This document shows positions 40,555 to 50,900 of a stretch of DNA of 64,000 nucleotides, one piece after another; within the stretch, counting starts at the first letter, position 1, and each line of letters begins with the position of its first letter. The position numbers and the translations under genes were made by a program. Under the pieces are notes generated by a model. That model did not search any database, was not told the DNA's origin, and was given only the letters and a program-made list of their open reading frames with translations. The stretch comes from an uncultured delta proteobacterium (GTDB taxonomy: Bacteria > Myxococcota > B64-G9): NCBI GenBank assembly GCA_963754925.1, contig CAVWHX010000005.1, positions 128,001 to 192,000 on the forward strand, in the 5' to 3' direction.

Positions 40555-41974
40555 TTAAAGGATGTAGCGACTGAGATCGAGATCCGAGACAATTCCAGAC
40601 AACGCCTGACGGACGTTTTCGGCGCTGTAGCTCACGGTGGTTGTGCCCATCTCCGGGGCTCTAAACGACAGATCCTCAAGCAGCTTTTCCATCACGGTGT
40701 GCAGCCTGCGCGCGCCGATGTTCTCGGTGCGGGAGTTGACCTCTGCGGCGATATCGGCCAGGGCCATAAGCGCCTGGTGGTCGAACTCCAAGGTTATTTT
40801 CTCGGTGGCCATTAACGCGCTGTACTGCTTGACCAGCGAGTTTTTAGGTTCGGTCAGAATGCGCACGAACTCGTCGCGTCCGAGGCTTTTGAGCTCAACG
40901 CGGATGGGAAACCGACCCTGCAACTCGGGGATCAGGTCCGAAGGCTTGGCAACGTTAAACGCGCCGGCGGCGATGAATAAAATATGGCGGGTGTCGACCA
41001 TACCGTATTTGGTGGCTACCGTGCAGCCTTCGACGATCGGCAGCAGGTCGCGCTGCACTCCCTCGCGGGAGACATCCGGGCCGCGGCCGCTTTCGCGTCC
41101 GGCCACCTTGTCGATCTCATCAATGAAAATGATGCCGGTCTGTTCGGCTCGCGCCAACGCCTCGCGAGAGACCTTTTCCATATCGACCAACTTCTGCGAT
41201 TCCTCTTGAGCGAGCAGCCGCAAGGCCTCGGGTACTCTTAACCCGGCGCTTCTTGGTGCGCTTGGGTAAAATATTGCCCATGAGATCCTGCAGGTTCATG
41301 TTCATTTCTTCAACCCCGGACGTGGAAAACACCTGCATCATCGGGAAGACGCCGGCGCGGTCCTGCATACTCAACTCCACGTCGCGCTCATCGAGTTGCC
41401 CGTCACGCAACATACGACGGAACTTTTCGCGGGTGGAATCCATGCGCTCGTGCTTGTCTGCGTTCGGTTGGTTGAGCGGTAGGGACATGCTGACATTGGA
41501 CGAGGGCGTCGGGCGGTCCTCGAAGCTCTGCGGCTTCGGCGGCACGAGGATATTGAGCAGCCGTTCCTCGGCGACGTCCTGCGCCCGGAGCCGCACCCGC
41601 TCGGTTTCCTCGTCGCGTACCATTTTAACGGCGATCTCGACCAAATCGCGCACCATGGACTCGACGTCGCGGCCCACGTAGCCAATTTCGGTGTATTTGC
41701 TCGCCTCGACTTTTAAGAACGGAGCCTGGGCGAGCCGCGCCAGGCGGCGAGCTATCTCAGTTTTGCCGACCCCGGTTGGACCGATCATGATGATGTTTTT
41801 GGGGGCGATTTCTTCGCGGAGATCCTCAGGTACTTGAGTGCGACGCCAACGGTTGCGTAACGCAATCGCCACCGCGCGCTTGGCGTCGTTTTGTCCGACA
41901 ATATAACGGTCAAGTTCAGAAACGATCTCGCGCGGGGTGAACGTGGAAAGTGATGTTTCGGTTTTGTCTGGCAT
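40555..41974 (-). CDS. hslU: ATP-dependent protease ATPase subunit HslU; one frameshift at ~41237
   Basis: [27 protein letters not shown] and GARRL motifs; the two ORFs join if one A is removed (RRVK|VPEALR). Confidence 0.95.
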
Positions 41975-42007
41975 TGCTTAATCCTTATGGTGACTCACCG
42001 GGGTTGC

Positions 42008-42547
42008 TTAGGAGCCGAGCTTTTCCAAGGTAATCTCGTGGTTAGAGAAAATACAAATGTCGGCGGCGATCGCCATGGCCCTGCGGGCGATTTCGTCGGC
42101 CGGAAGTTCGGTGTTTTCAAGCAAGGCGCGCGCAGCCGCCTGCGCGTAGGGACCGCCGCTGCCGATTGCCATCACCCCGCTGTCCGGCTCGATCACATCG
42201 CCGGTGCCCGACACCAAAAGAATCTGCTGGAGATCGGCCACCATCAGCATGGCTGACAGCCGGCGCAACACCCGGTCGGTGCGCCACTCCTTGGAGAGTT
42301 CCACTGCCGCGCGGACTAAACTCCCGCCGTGTTCCTTGAGTTTGGCCTCGAAGCGTTCGAAAAGCGTCAATGCATCCGCGGTGCTGCCGGCAAAGCCCGA
42401 TAGGATCTTACCGTCAAGGAGGGTGCGCACTTTTCGGGCGCGACTCTTCAAAACCACCTTATCCATGGTCACTTGGCCGTTGCCCGCCATGACCATCATA
42501 GTGTCCCGCCGGACGGCCAGAATGGTCGTTGAACGAATGGTTGTCAT
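42008..42547 (-). CDS. hslV: ATP-dependent protease subunit HslV
   Basis: [24 protein letters not shown] and IGSGG motifs. Confidence 0.96.
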   Translation of the reverse strand: MTTIRSTTILAVRRDTMMVMAGNGQVTMDKVVLKSRARKVRTLLDGKILSGFAGSTADALTLFERFEAKLKEHGGSLVRAAVELSKEWRTDRVLRRLSAMLMVADLQQILLVSGTGDVIEPDSGVMAIGSGGPYAQAAARALLENTELPADEIARRAMAIAADICIFSNHEITLEKLGS

Positions 42548-43494
42548 ATGTGTGGATTCTCCTTCAACCGGTGAGTATGAGCCCGGGGATGGGCCTGATC
42601 GTACACTTCGATTAAATGCTCAAGGTTGACGTGCGTGTACGTCTGCGTCGTCGACAAGCTGCTGTGCCCAAGGAGCTCTTGAATACTGCGCAAATCCGCG
42701 CCTGCCTGGAGCAAATGCGTTGCAAACGTATGCCGCAAGGTATGCGGACTAATGTTATAGAGCACGCCGGCGCGCGCTACCGCTTTGTTGATGGTTCGAC
42801 GTATCGACCGGACGGTCAACCGCCCGCCGTTGTGATTGAGAAAAAGTGCCTGCAACGGGGGTTTTTGGGAGCGTTTCAGCAAGCGATCGCGGGCTTCTAA
42901 ATAACCTCGCAGCGCTTCGGCAGCAAAGCGTCCGAACGGCACGAGGCGTTCCTTCTGTCCTTTTCCTAGGACTCTGACACTGCCGGTAGCTAAATCCACA
43001 TGGTCGACATCAAGCTGTGCGAGCTCCGAAACGCGCAGCCCGCTTGCGTAGAGCACCTCGAGCAGGGCTCGATCGCGCAGGCCCAAGTCGGTGGTTGTGT
43101 CCGGAGCTTGAAGGAGCGCCAAAACTTCATCCCGATCGAGATGTTTGGGAAGCTTTTTGGGCAACGTCGGCGAGCGCACGCGTTCGGCGGGGTTTGCGTC
43201 AAGCCAATGCCGCTTGACCGCATATCGATACAACCCGCGGATAGCCGCGAGCTTGCGACATATGGTGCTGGCACTCATGCCCTGATGGAGCAACGCCAGA
43301 AATGAGCGCAGATCGGGAAGACGGGCCTCCAGTATCGTGAGTCCGTTATCCTTCAGAAAATCTGACAATTGCCTGATATCATTCTTGTAGCTTATGACGG
43401 TGTGTTTCGAGAATCGCTTCTGCGTTTCAAGGTATGAAAAAAATTCTGTAAGCGCGTCCTGCGGTGAGATGGTTGCCAACATCGGGGATAGCAT
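42544..43494 (-). CDS. xerC: Tyrosine recombinase XerC
   Basis: GLRVSEL, GKG.KER, HTLRH, LLGH and TQTYTH motifs; canonical xerC-hslVU order. Confidence 0.92.
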   Translation of the reverse strand: MLSPMLATISPQDALTEFFSYLETQKRFSKHTVISYKNDIRQLSDFLKDNGLTILEARLPDLRSFLALLHQGMSASTICRKLAAIRGLYRYAVKRHWLDANPAERVRSPTLPKKLPKHLDRDEVLALLQAPDTTTDLGLRDRALLEVLYASGLRVSELAQLDVDHVDLATGSVRVLGKGQKERLVPFGRFAAEALRGYLEARDRLLKRSQKPPLQALFLNHNGGRLTVRSIRRTINKAVARAGVLYNISPHTLRHTFATHLLQAGADLRSIQELLGHSSLSTTQTYTHVNLEHLIEVYDQAHPRAHTHRLKENPHI

Positions 43495-43558
43495 GGGGCC
43501 CGATCGGCCGGTTGTCAATGCTCAGGTTAGAACAATCGATAAATTCTCATATTTATAT

Positions 43559-44554
43559 TTAGATTCTTGATCTTACAGCGTTTTCCAGCGCTTCTTCTAA
43601 ATCGATGAGATCTTCGGGCAGCGGAGATTCAAAGCGCACCTTCTTGCCGGTGCGCGGATGGACAAACGATAGAACCGCGGCGTGCAGGGCATGACGAGTT
43701 GGCTGTAATTCGACCGGGAAGCGTCGCGCGCTGCGGCCGCCGTAAAGGGTATCGCCCAAGATCGGGTGGCCGTGGTCGGCGAGGTGGACGCGGATCTGGT
43801 GCGTTCGTCCGGTGCGTGGCTCGATCTGGATTTTCAATGCCTCCCAGGTTTTGGTTTCAAACCGGCGCAGAACCCGATAGCGTGAGACGGCTTTTTTCCC
43901 CTGCGCTACACACGAGGAGAAACGCTTTCGGTGCACCGGGTGGCGGCCAAAGAGGGTGTCGAACGCGCCCTGGTCGGCTAGCCGGTTTGCTCCGTCACGC
44001 CTAAGAGCAAAAGCGATATACCGTTTGTAAATGGTGTGCTGAGAAAATTGCGCCGCCAGCGACTGATGGGCGGCATCGTTCTTGGTCACCACCATCACCC
44101 CGCTGGTGTTGCGGTCGAGCCGATGTACGATGCCGGGCCGCGCCACCCCGCCGATCCCGGAAAGATCAGTGCAATGGTGGAGCAGGGCGTTGACCAGTGT
44201 TCCGTCGGGACTGCCGGGCGCCGGGTGAACGACGAGGTTCGCAGGCTTGTCGAGCACCAAGAGGTCCTCGTCTTGGTACAGCATCAACAACGGAATGTCC
44301 TGGGCGACCGGCTCGGCCGGCCGCGGCGTCGGTTCGTCAATCTGGACCAGCTCGCCCTGCCGTACCCTGAACGAGACCCGTACGTTGTGGCCGTTGACCA
44401 GCACGTGCTGATCAACGATCAGTTTTTGGAGGTAGGCCCGCGAACGGTCGGGGAGGGTGCGGGCCAGGAAGACATCGAGTCGTTGGCCGGCAGACTCGGG
44501 ATCGATAACGATCGTCCGGGTCGGCTGCGCCGGGCTGAAAATTGGGTCGGACAA
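43559..44554 (-). CDS. rluD: RluA family pseudouridine synthase RluD
   Basis: S4 domain RLD, GIVHRLDRNTSG, TGRTHQIRVH; TTG start just after the upstream ORF stop. Confidence 0.93.
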   Translation of the reverse strand: MSDPIFSPAQPTRTIVIDPESAGQRLDVFLARTLPDRSRAYLQKLIVDQHVLVNGHNVRVSFRVRQGELVQIDEPTPRPAEPVAQDIPLLMLYQDEDLLVLDKPANLVVHPAPGSPDGTLVNALLHHCTDLSGIGGVARPGIVHRLDRNTSGVMVVTKNDAAHQSLAAQFSQHTIYKRYIAFALRRDGANRLADQGAFDTLFGRHPVHRKRFSSCVAQGKKAVSRYRVLRRFETKTWEALKIQIEPRTGRTHQIRVHLADHGHPILGDTLYGGRSARRFPVELQPTRHALHAAVLSFVHPRTGKKVRFESPLPEDLIDLEEALENAVRSRI

Positions 44555-44555
44555 C

Positions 44556-44828
44556 TTACCAGATCTTGGATTTGATATGACCTTTAGACTTGACGATGAT
44601 ATCCACGAGTGCACGGTCATAAAAGTTAGTCTTTGAAAAAAGCTCGGGGGAGACGCGACTTTGGTAGAGCTGGCGCCCTTCCTCAATCTCGTCTTTGAGC
44701 ACGTCGAAGAGGTTGTCCTGCTGAATACCGCCGACGATCTTCTCTTCGTTGTAGAGACTCAAGTCCGAGGCGATCGCCCGAGCCAATCTAATGGCTGCTT
44801 CCGGCGTCGTGATAATTTGATGAGGCAT
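44556..44828 (-). CDS. Small conserved-looking hypothetical protein
   Basis: 90 aa, ARAIASDLSLYNEEKI motif, GGAGAGA-like RBS, abuts rluD. Confidence 0.75.
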   Translation of the reverse strand: MPHQIITTPEAAIRLARAIASDLSLYNEEKIVGGIQQDNLFDVLKDEIEEGRQLYQSRVSPELFSKTNFYDRALVDIIVKSKGHIKSKIW

Positions 44829-44986
44829 GGTAGGTCTCTCTTGGTCGCTCCCGAGAGTCGATACATCTCTCTTTGGACTTAGTTTTGCGAATTCAGGTAT
44901 ATTTGTCAAGAATAGGTTTCAACTTTATACGACCATATCACGTTACCTTCTACCGCTCGCGAGGGTTTCGCACAACGTAAAGAACG

Positions 44987-45073
44987 TGTCACCCTCGCGA
45001 AGGCGGGGGTCCAGAACTACTTAAAGAAAATTGGATTCCAGCCAAGCCGCACGCCGCCTACGCGGGAATGACA
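44987..45073. repeat. REP-like palindromic element (TGTCA..CGCGAAGGCGGG..TCCA / TGGATTCC..CGCCT.CGCGGGAATGACA)
   Basis: Two imperfect inverted arms around an AT-rich spacer, intergenic. Confidence 0.65.
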
Positions 45074-45124
45074 CCTGGAGACATTTGCAACACCCGCGCT
45101 TGCGAGGGAGGGGATGAGATATTT

Positions 45125-45919
45125 CTACGGACAGGATCGAGCCAGAAACGCATAACTGTTGTGGGCGTGGATGGACTCTTGATTTTCGACCTCGACCGAG
45201 AACCACTCGATGCGCGGATGCTTAAGCAGTTTCTTGGCCACCAGCCGGGCCACGTCCTCCACAAAACGCGGATTACGGTAGGCCTTTTCCGTGACGTATT
45301 TCTCATCCGTGCGCTTGAGGACGCTATACATTTCGCATGAGGCCGAACGCTCCACCAGGTCGATGATCTCCTCGATCCACACAAACTGCCGTTGGCGGAA
45401 GCGCACCGTCACCAATCCCCGCTGGTTGTGAGCGCCCTCTTCGCTCAGCGCCTTTGAGCACGGGCATAGGGCCGTGATCGGAACCTGGACTTCGATCTCG
45501 AGCTTTACGCCGCGTACGGCCGAACCAAAGACCGTGCAACCGTACGATAATAGTCCCTCGACCCCGGAAACCGGCGCCTTTTTGAGGATAAAAAAGGGAA
45601 ACGAAACCTCAAGGTGGGCGGTACGAGCCTTGAGCCGCCGTTTCATTTTTTGAAGGAGTTCCGGAATGGCCCGCGTGGTCATATCGTGGCAGTGCTCGTT
45701 GAGCAGTTCGACCAGGCGGCTCATGTGGGTAGCCCGCAACTGCTCGGAAAGGTTCACGTACAGGCTCACCTTGGCCACCGTGTGCTGACTCCCCGCGCTC
45801 CGATCGAGAACGGTAATCGGATACAGGATGTCTTTGACGCCAACTTTATCGATGCCGATTTTTCTGGTGTCCCGCTGGGATTGAATATCTACTGTCGCTG
45901 TCGTGTGGTTGCGCGCCAT
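45125..45919 (-). CDS. folE2: GTP cyclohydrolase I type 1B
   Basis: THMSR, LCPCSK, AHNQR, LKRTDEK, FVED and ESIHAH motifs. Confidence 0.96.
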   Translation of the reverse strand: MARNHTTATVDIQSQRDTRKIGIDKVGVKDILYPITVLDRSAGSQHTVAKVSLYVNLSEQLRATHMSRLVELLNEHCHDMTTRAIPELLQKMKRRLKARTAHLEVSFPFFILKKAPVSGVEGLLSYGCTVFGSAVRGVKLEIEVQVPITALCPCSKALSEEGAHNQRGLVTVRFRQRQFVWIEEIIDLVERSASCEMYSVLKRTDEKYVTEKAYRNPRFVEDVARLVAKKLLKHPRIEWFSVEVENQESIHAHNSYAFLARSCP

Positions 45920-45984
45920 AACGGGGCGATACTAACAGGTGAGATGGGTAGTTTCAATTCCGAAAAAAGTTTGGCGGGAAATGC

Positions 45985-46014
45985 TTGACGCTAGAACCGA
46001 ATTACCAGTACAGT
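45985..46014 (+). promoter_or_regulatory. sigma70-type promoter for the transaldolase gene
   Basis: TTGACG-N18-TACAGT. Confidence 0.45.
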
Positions 46015-46095
46015 CCGAGAAAGTTAATCGGCTCGGGGTTCCTAATTGAGCTTTATTCCTTTGGTCGAGAAGAGTAGGGGTCTTAAGGAGACTTA

Positions 46096-46752
46096 ATGAA
46101 ACTTTTTATCGACACCGCCAATATCGATGAAATCAAGCGCATCAGTGCCTTAGGGGTTATTGATGGCGTGACCACGAATCCAAGCCTCATTGCCAAGGAG
46201 ACCGGCAAGTCTTTCGAGAACATTATTCGCGAGATTTGCAGCGTTGTTAGTGGTCCGGTGTCGGCCGAGATCATTTCCCTGGATGCTCCTTCTATGATCA
46301 AGGAGGGTCGCCATCTTGCCAAGATCGCTAAGAATGTGGTCATCAAGGTGCCGATGACGCCGGAAGGGTTAAAGGCCACTAAGGCCTTCAAGGCCGAAGA
46401 TATCAAGACCAATCTGACCTTGTGCTTTTCTACCGCCCAGGGCCTGTTAGCCGCCAAGGCCGGCGCGGCCTATGTTTCTCCATTTGTCGGCCGGCTCGAT
46501 GATTGCAGCCATATGGGGATGAGTCTTATTCATGAGTTGGTGAAGATATTCAAAAACTATGAGATTCAGACGCAGGTGCTTGCGGCCTCCATCCGCGGAT
46601 CCCGAAATATCATAGAAGCGGCACTCGCCGGAGCCCATGCGGCCACGCTCCCGCCAAAGATTTTCGATCAGATGCTTTCCCACCCTCTTACCGATCGCGG
46701 CATCGAGGCTTTTCTGGCAGATTGGAAAAAAAGCGGCAGACCGTCGTTGTAG
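46096..46752 (+). CDS. tal: Transaldolase / fructose-6-phosphate aldolase family
   Basis: [27 protein letters not shown] and AASIR motifs. Confidence 0.93.
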   Translation: MKLFIDTANIDEIKRISALGVIDGVTTNPSLIAKETGKSFENIIREICSVVSGPVSAEIISLDAPSMIKEGRHLAKIAKNVVIKVPMTPEGLKATKAFKAEDIKTNLTLCFSTAQGLLAAKAGAAYVSPFVGRLDDCSHMGMSLIHELVKIFKNYEIQTQVLAASIRGSRNIIEAALAGAHAATLPPKIFDQMLSHPLTDRGIEAFLADWKKSGRPSL

Positions 46753-46901
46753 CGCCCGCCCCGATTAACCCATCGGATTTAACTTTAAAGCCCCGGACAA
46801 TCCACGTGGGCTTGTTGACAAGAATGGACCAAATTGATAGCAGAATAAGAGGTGATGCACAGGCATCTATTGGTTATTCAAAATAATGTTGGACGATCAC
46901 C

Positions 46902-47954
46902 ATGCGGGTAGCAATTAATGGATTTGGGCGTATCGGAAAAATGGTCCTGCGGGCCCTCTCTGCGAGGAACCTGTTGGGTTCTGAAATCGACGTTGTCGCC
47001 GTAGCCGATGTTGCCAATGATGCGGACTATTATGCCTACCAACTAAAATATGATTCGGTGCATCAGCGGTTTGATGGAATCGTTGCATCCGATAAAAGCT
47101 CTCAGAATATGGTTTCAAACGACGTTCTGGTCGTCGGCGGTCATAGAATAAGAACCATAGCTGCCGCGGAAGACCCGTCACTGCTTCCCTGGAAAAGAAT
47201 GGAGATCGGTGTCGTTATCGATACGACCGGGCGTTTCACCACGTTCGAAAAAGCATCGGGTCATATCGCTGCCGGCGCGCAGCGGGTGCTGCTCACGAAC
47301 ATGCCGGAACGCGATGACATTAAGATGATAATTATCGGGGTCAATGACGGCGACTATGACCCGGTGGACCTACGAATTGTTTCAAACGCCAACTGTACCG
47401 CGAATTGCATTATCCCGTTGTTGTATGCGTTGAAAAGAGAAGGGATTGAGATAGAAAAGGGACAGGTGACTATTTTGCTGCCCTATACCGCCAGTAGAAA
47501 GATAGTGGATGGATATTCAACGCGAAGCTTCCGCGACGGGCGGTCCGCTGCGATTAATATTATTCCGTCGACCGTCAACGCGGCGCAGGCCATTGGCCAG
47601 GTGTTTCCGGAGATGCGGGGAAAGGTCGCCGACCTTGCGTTGAGAGTTCCGGTCGCAGAGGTGTCGCTGGTTGATTTTTCCTGCATGGTTAAGCATGACA
47701 GCTCGATAGGCGAGATAGACAGCGCCCTGCACAAGGCTTCAAAAACATACCTCAAAGGCATCGTGGGCACCGTCGCCGAGGAAATTGTCTCGAGCGATGT
47801 GATCGGCGATGCCCGATCATCGATCTACGATTCATTGTTGACCACAAAAAACAATATCAGCGGCGAGAAACGTTTTTTTAGAATCTTTGCGTGGTACGAT
47901 AATGAGTGGGGATATGCGAATAGGGTCGTTGATCTGTTGCTCAAGATGTCATGA
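46902..47954 (+). CDS. Type I GAPDH homologue with degenerate active site
   Basis: INGFGRIG and WYDNEWGY present; NCTANC replaces SCTTNC, TILLPYT replaces TTIHSYT, STVNAA replaces STTGAA. Confidence 0.85.
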   Translation: MRVAINGFGRIGKMVLRALSARNLLGSEIDVVAVADVANDADYYAYQLKYDSVHQRFDGIVASDKSSQNMVSNDVLVVGGHRIRTIAAAEDPSLLPWKRMEIGVVIDTTGRFTTFEKASGHIAAGAQRVLLTNMPERDDIKMIIIGVNDGDYDPVDLRIVSNANCTANCIIPLLYALKREGIEIEKGQVTILLPYTASRKIVDGYSTRSFRDGRSAAINIIPSTVNAAQAIGQVFPEMRGKVADLALRVPVAEVSLVDFSCMVKHDSSIGEIDSALHKASKTYLKGIVGTVAEEIVSSDVIGDARSSIYDSLLTTKNNISGEKRFFRIFAWYDNEWGYANRVVDLLLKMS

Positions 47955-47974
47955 ACCACCCGTAGGGCGAGACC

Positions 47975-50900
47975 ATGGAAGCAGAAAAGAAAGACTGGCA
48001 GTCATCGGCGCTGAAGGTGAATCTTGAGAGAACCGCCGCGACGGTCGAGATTTCTGAGCACTATATGCCGCTGCTCGCCATTGTCGATGAATACTACGGG
48101 CTCTCGCGAAAGACCAGGAAACTGCTGACCGAGCTCGCCCATCCTTTTGTGAACTGGGAATACGTCCTGACCGAATTGAAGACCATTTCGATAGGTGATT
48201 TTTACTACTATAATATGCACGCTGACGGGCGAACAGCCCTGTCACTATTCCTGCAAATCTATTTCGACATCATCCGACAGGCGCCGGACGAAGATACCAA
48301 AGACAGCACCCTTCAGTACCTTTTTGAATACCTCAACACGGTCGTGGCCAACAGCGGCGCGTTGCTCGCGAGAAATATGCTGGTTTTTCCTTTCGTTATA
48401 GAATCTCTCCGCTCCGTCACGGCCGAGCGGCGCATGCTGCTTAAAAAAAGCTCGGGCTACCTTAAGAAAACGCTGCGGCTGTTGGTAGAAAAGGGCATTG
48501 ATACCACGTCAGACGGCATGTCCACCCTACTGTACGACATCTTCAAACAAACGTACCAATTCTGGCTCGCTCAGCCAAACCCGGCGGTATGGTTTCACGG
48601 TGACGGAGAGTCCGAAGCGGAAATCAACGCACACCGAAGTTTGAGCTATCCGCTCTCGCATGAACATCTGAACCTTCTTCTCGAACGGCTTGAAACCTTG
48701 TATCAGCCGGTTAGGGAAGGACGGGGAGAGTCCTGGGTGCCGTATCTCGATATGCCGGACTATTCTCAAATCGTGAACGGGTACCTGCTGATAGCCGACG
48801 AAATGGAGAAGTCGCCGGTGTATGCTGGCCGTCAGCATCTGGTAAAGCTCGACTTCCTTTTTAATATCATGAGCGTGCCCAGTCTTTCGGATATTCACGG
48901 CCGGGCTCTTCGGGAAATCAATCTGTGTTTGCGCATGGTGTTCAAGGAACAGCAACCGGAGCATCTCTGCGAATTCGTGCGAACGATTTTCAGTTTACTC
49001 AAAAAGAGCGAATCTCAGCATGAACATCGCGGCGCCATTATCGACTGTATTACCACGATTGCCCGGGAAGTCTTTGACCAGAACAATCATCCCCTGGTTG
49101 AAACGTTCATTGAGGAACTCGTAGCCTTTGGTTTTCAGCATCCCGAGGTGAGAGGTTCAACCGCTGAATGGCAGATACAGGTAAATCCCGCCCATATTAT
49201 GAATATCCGATCCTGGCTTGCCATAGCCGCCCTGAAGCCGCGCTGGACCAAACGCCTTTTGTCGGCTCTCATCATCAACCTCAAAATCGGCGGCATTCTG
49301 ATCCGCGACACCGACCTCGTCCAGCGGGATATATCGGCGTTCCTAAACTCGGATATAGGGCCTGCCTACAACTTGGCGAAGCAGCTCCTCAGGATCTTCC
49401 CGGTCTATTTTAGCGAGATCGGGGCCGAGGGTGAATTGAGGGACATATCGACCAATGTCGATGAGCTTTCCTTCAGGAAGGATAAGCTCATCAATTTTTT
49501 GCGCAAACAATCCCATGTGGAAAGCAACAGCCTCTTGGTGGGGTTTGTTGAAGATGCTTTTCAGTTCTGGTATTCAGGCAACCGGGAGTATATCAAAGGC
49601 CACCTTCCCGAAGAGGTTTTCGAGCAGGTTCCGAATTCGGGAGAGTATTTTGAAGGTCTTCATAAAATATTCAACCAGCTATTTCCAAAGGTGGACAACA
49701 ATCCGCAGAATTTTCTCGACTGGAATACGGCCAAAATCCAAAGGGAGCTGAAGTCCGTCCGGGGTGTCGACGCACGGGATACGGAACGCACCCTGCTGAT
49801 GATACGTTTCTACCAGCTCTTGTACAAAAAATACCATCCCCAGCACATCGATTTGCTCAAAGACATGGAGGCCGCGTATATCTTTGACCGAACCAGAATA
49901 CAAGTTCTGAGAAGAGCCCTCCAGCGCAAAGATTACTACAAAAGCATCAGTGTCATCCTCAACCTCCTATCCATGCTTAAAGAACGGATCCTTTCTCCCA
50001 AAAAGACGGAAAGTTTCGAGAACATATACCACAAACGGCACATCGCGGCCGGCATACCGTCGATGTACGGCACCTACCATGAAGAAAAGTTCGAGGCGGT
50101 CGGCTTCTCGCTGCGTCTCGAAAGCTTTGCCACCATGCTTTTCGAGGAGCTGATACAGTCGCTGAATCTCAAATTCATCACCAAAAGCACCTTGATGAGA
50201 ATCCACCGGTGCCTGTGGCTCTATACCAAGGCCCTTGAGCTGGAGGGCATTGCCGCCAAGGGCCTGGTCGCCACGATGAAATACGTTACCAGCGCCCTGC
50301 AAGTAAAACAATTCTCCATCGACCAGTATATCGACATATTTCGTTTCATCTCAAAGGGAATCCAAGACATCATACGGGTTTATTATATCGATGCCCACCG
50401 TTCAAACCTTCCGATTATCATCGGTCAGGTCCTCCACCGCGACCGCTCGGTAGAACTCCGCACGATAGCGCCGCAAGACGAGGAGGTGATGTATCAGCAC
50501 TCGGAAAACTTCATCCGGGGTACTGTTGCCAGCGCATTCGGTCTTCAGGTGCTGGATAACCTGATCAACGGGGTTATCGGGACTCTCAACGCGGAAGTGG
50601 AGAAGTTCAAAGATAATAAACAGATTCTCAATCTTGTGATGAACTACAACCCCGACCTTACCATATCATCGCTCTATGAGAAAAACGGTAAGATCGATAA
50701 CCAAATTCTACTCGGCAACAAGGGTTATTTTTTGAAGGAACTGGTGTCTTTTGGTTTTCGGGTCCCGCCGGGCTTCATCATTACGACGGAAGTGTTCAGA
50801 AGTTCTGAAGCGGTGTTTGGTTACCAGTACATCTTCAAGGACCTGGCGGTGCGCATCAACGCCGAGGTAAAAAAGCTTGAAAAGCTGACCGGGCGCACGT

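Noticed and set aside
40555..41974. hslU as a pseudogene or programmed frameshift
   Set aside because: Both halves are fully conserved, there is no slippery motif, and it fits the window-wide +1 error pattern.
42544..43494. Tyrosine recombinase as an integron or phage integrase
   Set aside because: Canonical xerC-hslV-hslU context and XerC motifs; no IntI-specific insertion and no phage genes.
46012..46085. Three small hairpins in the transaldolase leader as a cis-regulatory RNA
   Set aside because: Stems are short and imperfect; this cannot be supported without covariation data.
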